A DNA stretch of 64,000 bases from Candidatus Limisoma faecipullorum. GTDB taxonomy: Bacteria > Bacteroidota > Bacteroidia > Bacteroidales > Muribaculaceae. Shown in pieces: positions 48,874-57,311 of this stretch. The notes under the pieces were generated by a model. The model saw only the letters and a program-made list of their open reading frames with translations. It ran no database searches and was not told where the DNA came from. A program made the position numbers and the translations under genes. The stretch covers positions 16,242 through 80,241 of the forward strand of contig JADIMC010000019.1 of NCBI GenBank assembly GCA_017694955.1, read 5' to 3'. Each line of letters opens with the position of its first letter. Position 1 is the stretch's first letter.

Positions 48874-49569
48874 ATGGATACTCAATACTGGATAATAAAA
48901 AATGGTGAAATGGATGGCCCTTTCACTTTTGATGAGCTTAAATCTCTCGACATAAACCATTCCACCAAGATTTGGTATAAGGAATTGAAAGAATGGACAG
49001 AGATTGCCGACACACCCGTGTTTCAACTTATCTTTGGCAACTGCAAAGAAAGTACTGAAACACAAGACGCTCCAGTGAGCCACACCGAAATCCCGTATAG
49101 AAATGAAGAAATCCCAGAAGAACAGGACTCTGCAGAATACACAGGCAAAGAAACGCCAATAAATTTGCCACCTGTATTCAACAGAGATGAATATATGAGT
49201 CAAAAATACCAGACACCACAAACACAACCGCACATCAACCCTCAAGAAGCCTTTGAAAATGCTTTCATACAAGGATACCACAAAGGGCTGGAAGAAGGGA
49301 AACAATTGGAAAAAGAGACCGACACCTCAAAATGCCCTCCTACCAACTTGGTTTGGGCAATTCTATCAACAATATTATGCTGTCTGCCAATTGGAGTTGT
49401 AGCCATCGTATATGCAAGCAAGGTGTCAAATCATTTTTATAACAACAATTACCTTAAGGCTAAAAAAGCGAGTGACCGCGCTTTATACTGGTCACTCGCC
49501 TCTATGATTGTATGGATGGTCACCCAACCCATCCTGTCGGCTCTATCACTATTGTTTGGAAGCATCTAA
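48874..49569 (+). CDS. GYF_2-domain / CD225 (dispanin)-family membrane protein
   Basis: N-terminal YWIIKNGEMDGPFTFDELK...IWYKELKEWTEIAD (GYF_2-like). C-terminal NLVWAILSTILCCLPIGVVAIVYASKV... (CD225-like). Confidence 0.7.
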   Translation: MDTQYWIIKNGEMDGPFTFDELKSLDINHSTKIWYKELKEWTEIADTPVFQLIFGNCKESTETQDAPVSHTEIPYRNEEIPEEQDSAEYTGKETPINLPPVFNRDEYMSQKYQTPQTQPHINPQEAFENAFIQGYHKGLEEGKQLEKETDTSKCPPTNLVWAILSTILCCLPIGVVAIVYASKVSNHFYNNNYLKAKKASDRALYWSLASMIVWMVTQPILSALSLLFGSI

Positions 49570-51437
49570 TTTCTCGGAATCTTAAGTTTCTGCCCGACAC
49601 GAATCATCGACCCTTTAATTCCATTGGCACGGCGTATCGCAGCAGCCGTAGTACCATTGCGTTCGGCTATTCCGCCGAGCGTCTCACCGGATTTTACCGT
49701 ATAAGTCTTGTAAGAAGTTCTGCTTTTCTTCGATTTCGACGATTTAGCAGCACCGCCCTTAACAACCAGCTTCTGACCAGCTTTGATATTGCTTCCGCTT
49801 ATGCCGTTCCAATCACGTAAGTTCGCCACAGTCACACCATATCTGGCAGCTATTGAGCCAAGAGTCTCTCCACGTCGCACTTTATGCGTAGTGGTTGACT
49901 GTTCCGAAGACCTTGCCGGAGATTTTTTAGCGACACTGCTGTCGATGGCAAGCCGTTGCCCGGCATTGATAGAATTGTTTCTCAAACCATTCCATTCCTT
50001 AAGGTCACTGACTGTCACCCCATAGTCATCCGAAATGCTCGAAAGCGTCTCGCCACGTCGCACTGTATGGTATTTTGCCTTTGCCAACTTCTTCTCTGCC
50101 ACCTTATCTTTAGCATTACCCGAATCCGCAACGGCAAGATTTTCATCATTACTGTCGGCATCATCAGACTCAACTTTCACATAAGTATTTATTTTCAACC
50201 TTTGCCCACGACGGATACGATTGCTCCGCAAGCCGTTCCAGCGTTTCAACGAAGTGGTCGATACACCATAACGGCGTGCAATTTTAGAAATAGTTTCTCC
50301 ACGCTTCACCACATGGTATTTCGTAACGACCTTTGTGTCACCCGAATCCTGCTCTCCACCCGGGGTCACTTCGCTACGACGTGCATACAGATTGGAATCA
50401 TGTCCCACGATGCTGTCCTCGCTTACTATATAACTATAGATTTGTTGTGAAGGGAGAGTCAACGAATACGGACGGATGTCGCCAGGAACTAAATCACGAC
50501 GATATTGCGGATTCAACACTCGCAATTCCTCCACCGGAATATTCAGCACAGAAGAAATCTGGTCGAAATGCACACGCTTGTCAACCATCACAGTATCAGT
50601 CAACACCGGACGGCGAGCCAATGCTTTTCCAAGATTATGATCCTGATAATAACTCATTACATAATTGGCAGCGATAAAAGCCGGCACATAACCACGAGTC
50701 TCGGCAGGAAGATAGAAATAAATGTCCCAGAAATCCTTCTTGCCGCCACCAGCACGGCGCATTGCCTTGTTGACATTACCCGGACCGCAATTATACGAAG
50801 CTATGGCAAGCGACCAGTCTCCATACATACCGTAAAGCTGTTTCAAATATTTTGCCGCCATTTCCGAAGAACGGACAGGGTCGCGTCTCTCGTCAACAAG
50901 AGAATTCACATCCAGTCCAAGACCCTTGGCAGTACTTAGCATGAATTGCCATAAGCCTGTAGCGCCAGCACGTGATACCGCATCAGGATTCAACGCCGAC
51001 TCAATAACAGGCAGATATTTCAGCTCAAGAGGCAATCCCTCACGTTCCAGAGCCTGCTCAAAAATAGGCATATAATATATGCTCAAACCCAGCATCTCCT
51101 CGACAAGAGCACGACGACGCTGTGTGTACATATCTATATAGCTGCGCACCACCTGATTGTAGGGCATCTCTATGACGGTGGGCATATTCTGCAAACGTTC
51201 AATGAATTCCTCTTTTGTCGTAGGCACGTCTGCAGAAGCCTCACTATCCTCGTCAATAATAGCATAATTCTTAAGATACCAATTCTCCATCAGTTTCTGC
51301 GTGTCAGTCTCGAAACTTTCAGGATAAATAATCGTGCTGTCCTGTATCGATTCCTTCAAAGTCAGCACAGTAGGACGCGCAACAGCCGCAGTCACCGCTC
51401 CTGCAAGCATCAACAATATCAATAACCCCTTTTTCAT
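49566..51437 (-). CDS. Lytic transglycosylase (MltD-like) with four LysM repeats
   Basis: SLT domain (ESALNPDAVSRAGATGLWQFM) and four copies of Y-V-(K/R)RGETL-IA-YGV...NG. Confidence 0.85.
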   Translation of the reverse strand: MKKGLLILLMLAGAVTAAVARPTVLTLKESIQDSTIIYPESFETDTQKLMENWYLKNYAIIDEDSEASADVPTTKEEFIERLQNMPTVIEMPYNQVVRSYIDMYTQRRRALVEEMLGLSIYYMPIFEQALEREGLPLELKYLPVIESALNPDAVSRAGATGLWQFMLSTAKGLGLDVNSLVDERRDPVRSSEMAAKYLKQLYGMYGDWSLAIASYNCGPGNVNKAMRRAGGGKKDFWDIYFYLPAETRGYVPAFIAANYVMSYYQDHNLGKALARRPVLTDTVMVDKRVHFDQISSVLNIPVEELRVLNPQYRRDLVPGDIRPYSLTLPSQQIYSYIVSEDSIVGHDSNLYARRSEVTPGGEQDSGDTKVVTKYHVVKRGETISKIARRYGVSTTSLKRWNGLRSNRIRRGQRLKINTYVKVESDDADSNDENLAVADSGNAKDKVAEKKLAKAKYHTVRRGETLSSISDDYGVTVSDLKEWNGLRNNSINAGQRLAIDSSVAKKSPARSSEQSTTTHKVRRGETLGSIAARYGVTVANLRDWNGISGSNIKAGQKLVVKGGAAKSSKSKKSRTSYKTYTVKSGETLGGIAERNGTTAAAIRRANGIKGSMIRVGQKLKIPRN

Positions 51438-51475
51438 TATTTTATTTTTTCTTTTTCAACATTAAACACATACCG

Positions 51476-52288
51476 TCAAAACGTCAACGCACATTGTACA
51501 CCGAACGAATTGGAAAGCCTGTCGGCCGATCCTATTACAGCCGGAGCCACATCCATCGACAAATTAGGAGAAATGTCGAAGTGCGACAATGAAGCATCAA
51601 CATAAGCATCTACCATACAAACAAGATACAGACCAACCATACCTATTATACACAAGTCACGGTTACGCCTGTAAAAATTCTTTTTCGACCGTAGCGAGCG
51701 TTCCAGCCATTCCATATCGATATCCTCTTCACGTGTCGTCGGAGGATATAGATCCATATAGCTTTTAGTATTCGGGTCGCTGTCGGTAATGTCCCGATAA
51801 GCCTGCGTATAATCCGTAAGCATCCTGTTATTCCACGAAGTGGCATAAACAAGCCCGGCATACCCACCAATGACAATCGGCAACTTCCAATAACGCCGGT
51901 TATAAATCTGCCCCAACCCCGGACACAATGCGGAAAGCCACACTGCACGTATCGGATCCGGATTGAAATTTCTTCTTAATTCGAACTCCGTCGGAAGCCT
52001 GTCGGCCGTATCCACCGTATCGGCAAGGGCTGAAAGCGCTCCGGCAGTTATAGAATCGGTCGCGAGTGTGTCAATATCAACTTTCACAGACCGCAAAGAA
52101 TCAGACGCCAGCGTGTCAGGCTGCACAAAAACAGCATCTCCGCCCTGCTTAGGCGGCGACACCCGTTTTTCCCGCTCCGGCACGATTATTTCATCGTTCT
52201 CTTCTCCGTTAACGGTTTCATCAGCAAATATAGAAAACGGAAATGAAATGGCAAAGACCAGCAACAAAGCTAAATCTTTTTTAAGCAT
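51476..52288 (-). CDS. DUF5683-domain membrane protein
   Basis: SALCPGLGQIYNRRYWKLPIVIGGYAGL. Position after parB is conserved in Bacteroidetes. ATG 52288 (the ORF-track start 52318 is TTG). Confidence 0.75.
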   Translation of the reverse strand: MLKKDLALLLVFAISFPFSIFADETVNGEENDEIIVPEREKRVSPPKQGGDAVFVQPDTLASDSLRSVKVDIDTLATDSITAGALSALADTVDTADRLPTEFELRRNFNPDPIRAVWLSALCPGLGQIYNRRYWKLPIVIGGYAGLVYATSWNNRMLTDYTQAYRDITDSDPNTKSYMDLYPPTTREEDIDMEWLERSLRSKKNFYRRNRDLCIIGMVGLYLVCMVDAYVDASLSHFDISPNLSMDVAPAVIGSADRLSNSFGVQCALTF

Positions 52289-52371
52289 TTCTTTCCTGAA
52301 AAATCTAAATCTTGCCAAATTTCTAAGTTTTATTTTAACTTATACAACATATTGGCAACCCGTATCATCCA

Positions 52372-53262
52372 TCAATTCTCCAGATTGCCTTTCAAGCGGT
52401 CAAAGATAGTAATTAATCTCTCAAGTTCCTGCTCATTTTTAAAAGGAAATGTGATTTTTCCACGACCTTGTTTGTTGCAAGTGAATTGCACCTGCGTATG
52501 GAAAGATTGCGAAAGATGATTCTTAAGCAGCTCATATTCTTTCGAGACACCCTGCCGGCGCACAGGCTTCACTTCTTCCTGACCATCGGCATTATACTGC
52601 TTTGCCAATTCTTCCACCTGGCGGACTGAAAGTCCACGTTTGATTATTTCATTATACAACTTCAATTGCATTTTAGGATTCTCCACAGCAAGCAACGCCC
52701 GCGCATGCCCCATATCGACACGCCGGTCACGCAAACCAAGCTGCACCTCCGCCGGCAACTTCAACAAGCGCAGGAAATTGGCTATAGTAGCCCGCTTCTT
52801 GCCAATACGAGCGCTGAGCTGCTCTTGAGTAAGTTCATATTGGTCAATGAGCTTCTTAAAAGTAAGAGCGATTTCAATGGCATTCAAATCTTCACGCTGG
52901 ATATTCTCTATCAATGCCATTTCTGTGATTTCACTGTCGCTTGCAGTACGCACATATGCAGGCACACTGTCCAGGCCTGCAAGCTTTGCCGCACGGAAAC
53001 GCCGCTCGCCCGATATGATCTGATAGTGTTCAGCCCCCACTTTGCGGAGTGTCAATGGCTGGATTATGCCAAGCTCACGAATCGACGATGCAAGCTCCTC
53101 CAAGGAATCCTCATCAAACCATGTGCGTGGCTGCTCCGGGTTTGGCTGTATCTGCGACAATTCTATCTCGCTGATGGCAGAAGAGCCTCCTGTCTGGATA
53201 TCATCCATAGAAATCAAGGAATCAAGCCCCCGCCCTAATGCATTACGTTTGGGATGTGACAT
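52372..53262 (-). CDS. parB: Chromosome partitioning protein ParB
   Basis: LGRGLDSLI, GIIQPLTLRK, ISGERRFRAAKLAG. Confidence 0.92.
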   Translation of the reverse strand: MSHPKRNALGRGLDSLISMDDIQTGGSSAISEIELSQIQPNPEQPRTWFDEDSLEELASSIRELGIIQPLTLRKVGAEHYQIISGERRFRAAKLAGLDSVPAYVRTASDSEITEMALIENIQREDLNAIEIALTFKKLIDQYELTQEQLSARIGKKRATIANFLRLLKLPAEVQLGLRDRRVDMGHARALLAVENPKMQLKLYNEIIKRGLSVRQVEELAKQYNADGQEEVKPVRRQGVSKEYELLKNHLSQSFHTQVQFTCNKQGRGKITFPFKNEQELERLITIFDRLKGNLEN

Positions 53263-53282
53263 ATCGTGATGACTTTTCTATA

Positions 53283-54050
53283 TTACATATTATTACGCGA
53301 CAGCAGCTCTTTGGCAAGCTGCACATGGCTAGTTGCCCCACGGCTGTCAGGATCATACAGTATGGCGGGCAATCCATGGCTTGGAGCCTCGCTCAGACGG
53401 ATATTACGCGGTATCACCGTATTGAACACCATATCACCGAAATGACTTTTAAGCTCGTCATAAATCTGGTTCGCAAGACGGAGCCGTGCGTCATACATAG
53501 TCAGCAAGAATCCTTCTATCTCAAGTTTGCGGTTAAGCTTCGACTTGATGATGCGGATTGTGTTAAGCAATTTGCTGATTCCTTCAAGAGCAAAATATTC
53601 AGCCTGCACTGGTATTATCACCGAATCCGCAGCAGTCAGCGCATTTACTGTGATAAGTCCGAGCGACGGCGAACAGTCAATGATTATAAAATCATATTTG
53701 TCACGTATCTCCGAAAGCAGATTTTTAAGGACCTGTTCACGGCTCTGCTTGTTTATAAGTTCCAGCTCAGCACCGACAAGGTCAATGCGCGAGCCTATCA
53801 ATTCAAGATTCTCGACACAGGTCTTGCATTCTGCTCCGCGCAACGGATAATCATCCACAAGACATTCATAAATCGAGGAAGTCATTTTCTTGGGGTCAAC
53901 ACCAAGCCCTGATGTGGCGTTGGCTTGAGGGTCGGCGTCAATAATCAGCACTTTCTTGCCTAAAATGGCAAGCGAGGCCGCCAAATTGATAGAAGTCGTT
54001 GTTTTACCGACACCGCCTTTCTGATTTGCTATTGCAATTACTTTGCTCAT
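53283..54050 (-). CDS. parA: Chromosome partitioning ATPase ParA/Soj
   Basis: Deviant Walker A NQKGGVGKTTT. 255 aa. Confidence 0.92.
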   Translation of the reverse strand: MSKVIAIANQKGGVGKTTTSINLAASLAILGKKVLIIDADPQANATSGLGVDPKKMTSSIYECLVDDYPLRGAECKTCVENLELIGSRIDLVGAELELINKQSREQVLKNLLSEIRDKYDFIIIDCSPSLGLITVNALTAADSVIIPVQAEYFALEGISKLLNTIRIIKSKLNRKLEIEGFLLTMYDARLRLANQIYDELKSHFGDMVFNTVIPRNIRLSEAPSHGLPAILYDPDSRGATSHVQLAKELLSRNNM

Positions 54051-54167
54051 ACTCTCAAGTATAGTTTTTCATTGCAAAGGAATTATTTTTATCGGCAACG
54101 ACAAAAGGTTTTTCCCAAAAAACGTCTTGATTGTTGATAAGTCACCTTTTTTGTTAATAACTCCAGA

Positions 54168-54219
54168 TGTTCCACGGGATAAATTGCAAAATCATAACAC
54201 CTTACAACAGCGTGAAACA
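54168..54219. promoter_or_regulatory. Split parS-like site: TGTTCCAC ... 36 nt ... GTGAAACA
   Basis: 54168-54175 is TGTTCCAC and 54212-54219 is GTGAAACA. Together they form the two halves of consensus TGTTNCACGTGAAACA, located between parA and the upstream gene. Confidence 0.4.
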
Positions 54220-54231
54220 TTCCGACGGACA

Positions 54232-55365
54232 TTAAATCCGCTTGCCGTAGGCACGACGGCGCTTATGCTGACGGGTCTCGAAATATTGCCATTGCGCCTG
54301 CACTTTCTGATTCAATTCCAATTCCGGATTACTTTCCGCATATTTGAACTTATACTTCTGGAAATAAGGAATCAAATCGGTGAAAAGCAATGCATTGACT
54401 CCCTTGCTCTGATATTCAGGCTTCACTGCCACCAGCAGCAAATCCACAGTATCGGTAACATTGAAATACATAGCCCGCATCAGATGCCACCATCCGAATG
54501 GCAACATCTTGCCACGCGACTTCTGCAACGCACGGGATAGCGAAGGCAAGGCTACGCCCACGCCGACAAGATTGTCGTCGGCATCCTTTATTACGGTCAA
54601 CAGATCAAGCCGCAACAGCCGGATGTAAATGTCAACATAATGGTCTATCTGGCGATTGGTAAGCTGCGTGAATTCAAAAAGTTCCTTATACGACTCGTTA
54701 ATCAGTTCAAACAACGGACGCCCTATCTCAGCCACAGCCTTCTTACGGTCATTGTATTTCACCACTTTCAATCCGTACTTCTGCTTCACAATCTCAGCTA
54801 TGCGCACGTGCTTGTCCGGAATAGCATCAGGCACTTTCATACTGAATTCCACCCAATCGGCTTTCTTCTCAAAACCCATCCGCTCCATATGCCGCGGATA
54901 ATACGGATAATTATATATAGTAGCCATTGTGGAAAGCTCGTCGAATCCTTCCACCAACATACCCTCATAATCCATATCCGAAAAACCGAGAGGACCTATC
55001 ATAGACTCCATACCCTTCGACTTGCCCCAACCGGCCGCCGCATCAAACAAAGCGCGACTGACCTCCTCATCGTCTATGAAATCCACGAATCCGAAACGCA
55101 TTTCCTTTTTCCCGTGTTCTTCATTCGAGATCCTGTGTATTATGGCTGCAATCCTCCCCACAGGCTTGCCGTCACGGAAAGCCATAAAATATTCCGCTTC
55201 ACAAAAATCGAACGCAGGATTCTTTTCCGGGCTTAAAGTCGCCACATCGTCGGAGACCAACGGTGGCACATAGCAATCATTGCCCTTATACAAATCTATT
55301 CCAAATTGCACAAATTTGCGCAACGACTTCCTGTCTTTAGGTATTACCTTAATTTCTACAGCCAT
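54232..55365 (-). CDS. Probable GNAT-family N-acetyltransferase
   Basis: 377 aa. The N- and C-terminal halves resemble acyl-CoA N-acyltransferase folds (…GRIAAIIH…, …QSKGVNALLF…). This call is weaker than the others. Confidence 0.55.
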   Translation of the reverse strand: MAVEIKVIPKDRKSLRKFVQFGIDLYKGNDCYVPPLVSDDVATLSPEKNPAFDFCEAEYFMAFRDGKPVGRIAAIIHRISNEEHGKKEMRFGFVDFIDDEEVSRALFDAAAGWGKSKGMESMIGPLGFSDMDYEGMLVEGFDELSTMATIYNYPYYPRHMERMGFEKKADWVEFSMKVPDAIPDKHVRIAEIVKQKYGLKVVKYNDRKKAVAEIGRPLFELINESYKELFEFTQLTNRQIDHYVDIYIRLLRLDLLTVIKDADDNLVGVGVALPSLSRALQKSRGKMLPFGWWHLMRAMYFNVTDTVDLLLVAVKPEYQSKGVNALLFTDLIPYFQKYKFKYAESNPELELNQKVQAQWQYFETRQHKRRRAYGKRI

Positions 55366-55380
55366 TACAAACTTTTTGCT

Positions 55381-55446
55381 GCAAATATACGCAAAGTCGA
55401 GAGCAATACAAAAAGCTTGCCTGATTTGTATTGCCGAAACGCATCC
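55381..55446 (-). repeat. Hairpin-plus-promoter repeat module (E3)
   Basis: gcaaatatacgcaaagtcgagagca is followed by the hairpin gcaatacaaa(55403-55412)/tttgtattgc(55425-55434). The loop aagcttgcctga resembles E2. The hairpin lies just after the nadK stop. Confidence 0.7.
55382..55389 (-). promoter_or_regulatory. -7 promoter box TATATTTG
   Basis: 16 nt upstream of ATG 55365. Confidence 0.55.
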
Positions 55447-55457
55447 TGCATTGGCAT

Positions 55458-56327
55458 CTAACGGGAATCAGCACCCCACATCAGCTTGTTGCGGAGCGCA
55501 CAGGCAAAATTATGGTCACGTCGCTGAAGAAGCCTAACCGTATGCCCTGCTTTTTTCAGACAAATACGCGAACCTATCGGGAACGACACCGAAACGCCAT
55601 CGATTGCCACACGGAATGTCTGCGAACGGTTGGAAACGGTCGTAATCTCAATCACGGAATTATCGGAAAGCACCAACGGCCGCATAGTCAGCGAATGCGC
55701 AGCTATAGGAGAAATGGCAAAACATCCGCTCACCGGGTGCAGTATCGGTCCCCCCACTGAAAGATTGTACGCAGTGCTGCCCGTTGGAGTGGCGACAATC
55801 ACACCATCACCGAGATAATCACCAAGCACATTGCCGTTGACCGTTGTCTCCATTCTCAGCATTGAAGCTGATGCATTTTTCTGAATTGCCACCTCATTCA
55901 AGGCAAACCGGTTTGGCAACACTACTTCAGCATCCGTCTCAACCTCCAACAAAGTTCGTTCCTCTATCTTATATTCACCCTTTTCAATCTCGGCAAACAA
56001 CAAATCAAAATCAGAAGCCGCCACCTCCGATAAATAACCAAGATGACCCGTATTGATTCCGACTATAGGAACTTGCCGCGCCCCTATTTTCGCTGCCGTT
56101 CTCAAAAAAGTGCCGTCGCCGCCAATGCTCATCACCACATCTGCATCGAACACTTCATCCCCGATCATATCACCAACTTCCAATCCAGGCAGAAGCCTGC
56201 TCAAATAATCATAGAAATCACGCTCCATCCCGACACTGACATTATTGGCTTGCAAGACAGAGAACATATGCCGCAAGCTCTTAATGTGCGCATCCTGATG
56301 GAAATTACCATATACCGCCACCTTCAT
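55458..56327 (-). CDS. nadK: NAD kinase
   Basis: GGDGTFL and TPTGSTAYNLS motifs. Confidence 0.92.
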   Translation of the reverse strand: MKVAVYGNFHQDAHIKSLRHMFSVLQANNVSVGMERDFYDYLSRLLPGLEVGDMIGDEVFDADVVMSIGGDGTFLRTAAKIGARQVPIVGINTGHLGYLSEVAASDFDLLFAEIEKGEYKIEERTLLEVETDAEVVLPNRFALNEVAIQKNASASMLRMETTVNGNVLGDYLGDGVIVATPTGSTAYNLSVGGPILHPVSGCFAISPIAAHSLTMRPLVLSDNSVIEITTVSNRSQTFRVAIDGVSVSFPIGSRICLKKAGHTVRLLQRRDHNFACALRNKLMWGADSR

Positions 56328-56328
56328 C

Positions 56329-56802
56329 TTAAACCACCTCCATAATAAATCTCACAATGAAATATATGCATACTGCCAACTTAATCAACGTGCCAAAAAG
56401 GAAACCGACAAACGAGCCGAAACCAGCTTTCAAAGCTGCACGCATCGGCTTTCCAGCAATCAGCTCGCCTATGACAGCACCAATAAAAGGACCGAGAATA
56501 AGTCCTAAAGGCATAAAGAACAGCCCCACGACAGTACCGATCATGCAGCCCCAGTTGCCATACTTTCCACCACCGAATTTCTTAGTTCCAATCATCGGGG
56601 TAATGTAATCAAGCACCACAGTGGCAATCACCACCAATGCGCTCACCACCAATTCAGTCACCGTAAAGTCAACCCGGTCGGTGAAATGAAGAAGAAGCAT
56701 GCCAAGCCACGCCAACGGCGGACCGGGAAGCATAGGCAATATGCAGCCGGCCAGCCCGACAAGCATACATAATGCGGAAAGTATGTAAAGCAGTAATTCC
56801 AT
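56329..56802 (-). CDS. DUF456-domain membrane protein
   Basis: GCILPMLPGPPLAWLG... with four TM helices, typical of DUF456. Confidence 0.75.
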   Translation of the reverse strand: MELLLYILSALCMLVGLAGCILPMLPGPPLAWLGMLLLHFTDRVDFTVTELVVSALVVIATVVLDYITPMIGTKKFGGGKYGNWGCMIGTVVGLFFMPLGLILGPFIGAVIGELIAGKPMRAALKAGFGSFVGFLFGTLIKLAVCIYFIVRFIMEVV

Positions 56803-56812
56803 ATCTACCTTA

Positions 56813-57202
56813 TTAACGCTTTTTAAACGTGAGAAGTTTATTCATCAAGAAATTAGTCGCGCCAAAGACAAACAATCCGAGAAACTGTGCCAAATATTCG
56901 TTCAAACCCACCAATTCAACCATACAGCAAAGGAAAGCGAACTGCAACAGATAAGCACAGGCAAACGCAAGCAAATACAATGCTATTTCCCTCGCCACAC
57001 TACCGTGAGAAGCCTTGAACACCCAAACCTTGTTCCAAACGAAGCTGCTTGCAATCGCCAATGTATAAGCAACAACATTAGCCACATACACTGTCTTTTC
57101 CAATAAATGCATCATAATCCATACCGTAAGCGATATGATTACAAAATTGCTGAAACCGACTACACAGAATCGCAATACCCTATTAAGCTCCTCTTTTTTC
57201 AC
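56813..57202 (-). CDS. GtrA-family membrane protein (GTG start)
   Basis: VKKEELNRVLRFCVVGFSNFVI... and ...NFLMNKLLTFKK are GtrA-like. There is no in-frame ATG. The susD terminator and a -7 box lie inside the ORF-track extension (57203-57271). Confidence 0.7.
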   Translation of the reverse strand: MKKEELNRVLRFCVVGFSNFVIISLTVWIMMHLLEKTVYVANVVAYTLAIASSFVWNKVWVFKASHGSVAREIALYLLAFACAYLLQFAFLCCMVELVGLNEYLAQFLGLFVFGATNFLMNKLLTFKKR

Positions 57203-57206
57203 ATTG

Positions 57207-57214
57207 CAAAGATA
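57207..57214 (-). promoter_or_regulatory. -7 promoter box TATCTTTG
   Basis: Only 4 nt upstream of GTG 57202. Confidence 0.4.
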
Positions 57215-57262
57215 ATGTAAATCGGGCGCAGTATAATAACGCTTATGTGAAAAAGCAAAAAA

Positions 57263-57287
57263 GTGGCGCACCCGCAGGATGCGCCAC
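57263..57287 (-). terminator. Rho-independent terminator of the susC-susD pair
   Basis: gtggcgca pairs with tgcgccac. On the minus strand it is followed by TTTTTTGCTTTTTC. Confidence 0.75.
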
Positions 57288-57311
57288 CTTCTGTATCAAT
57301 ATGCAAGACGA

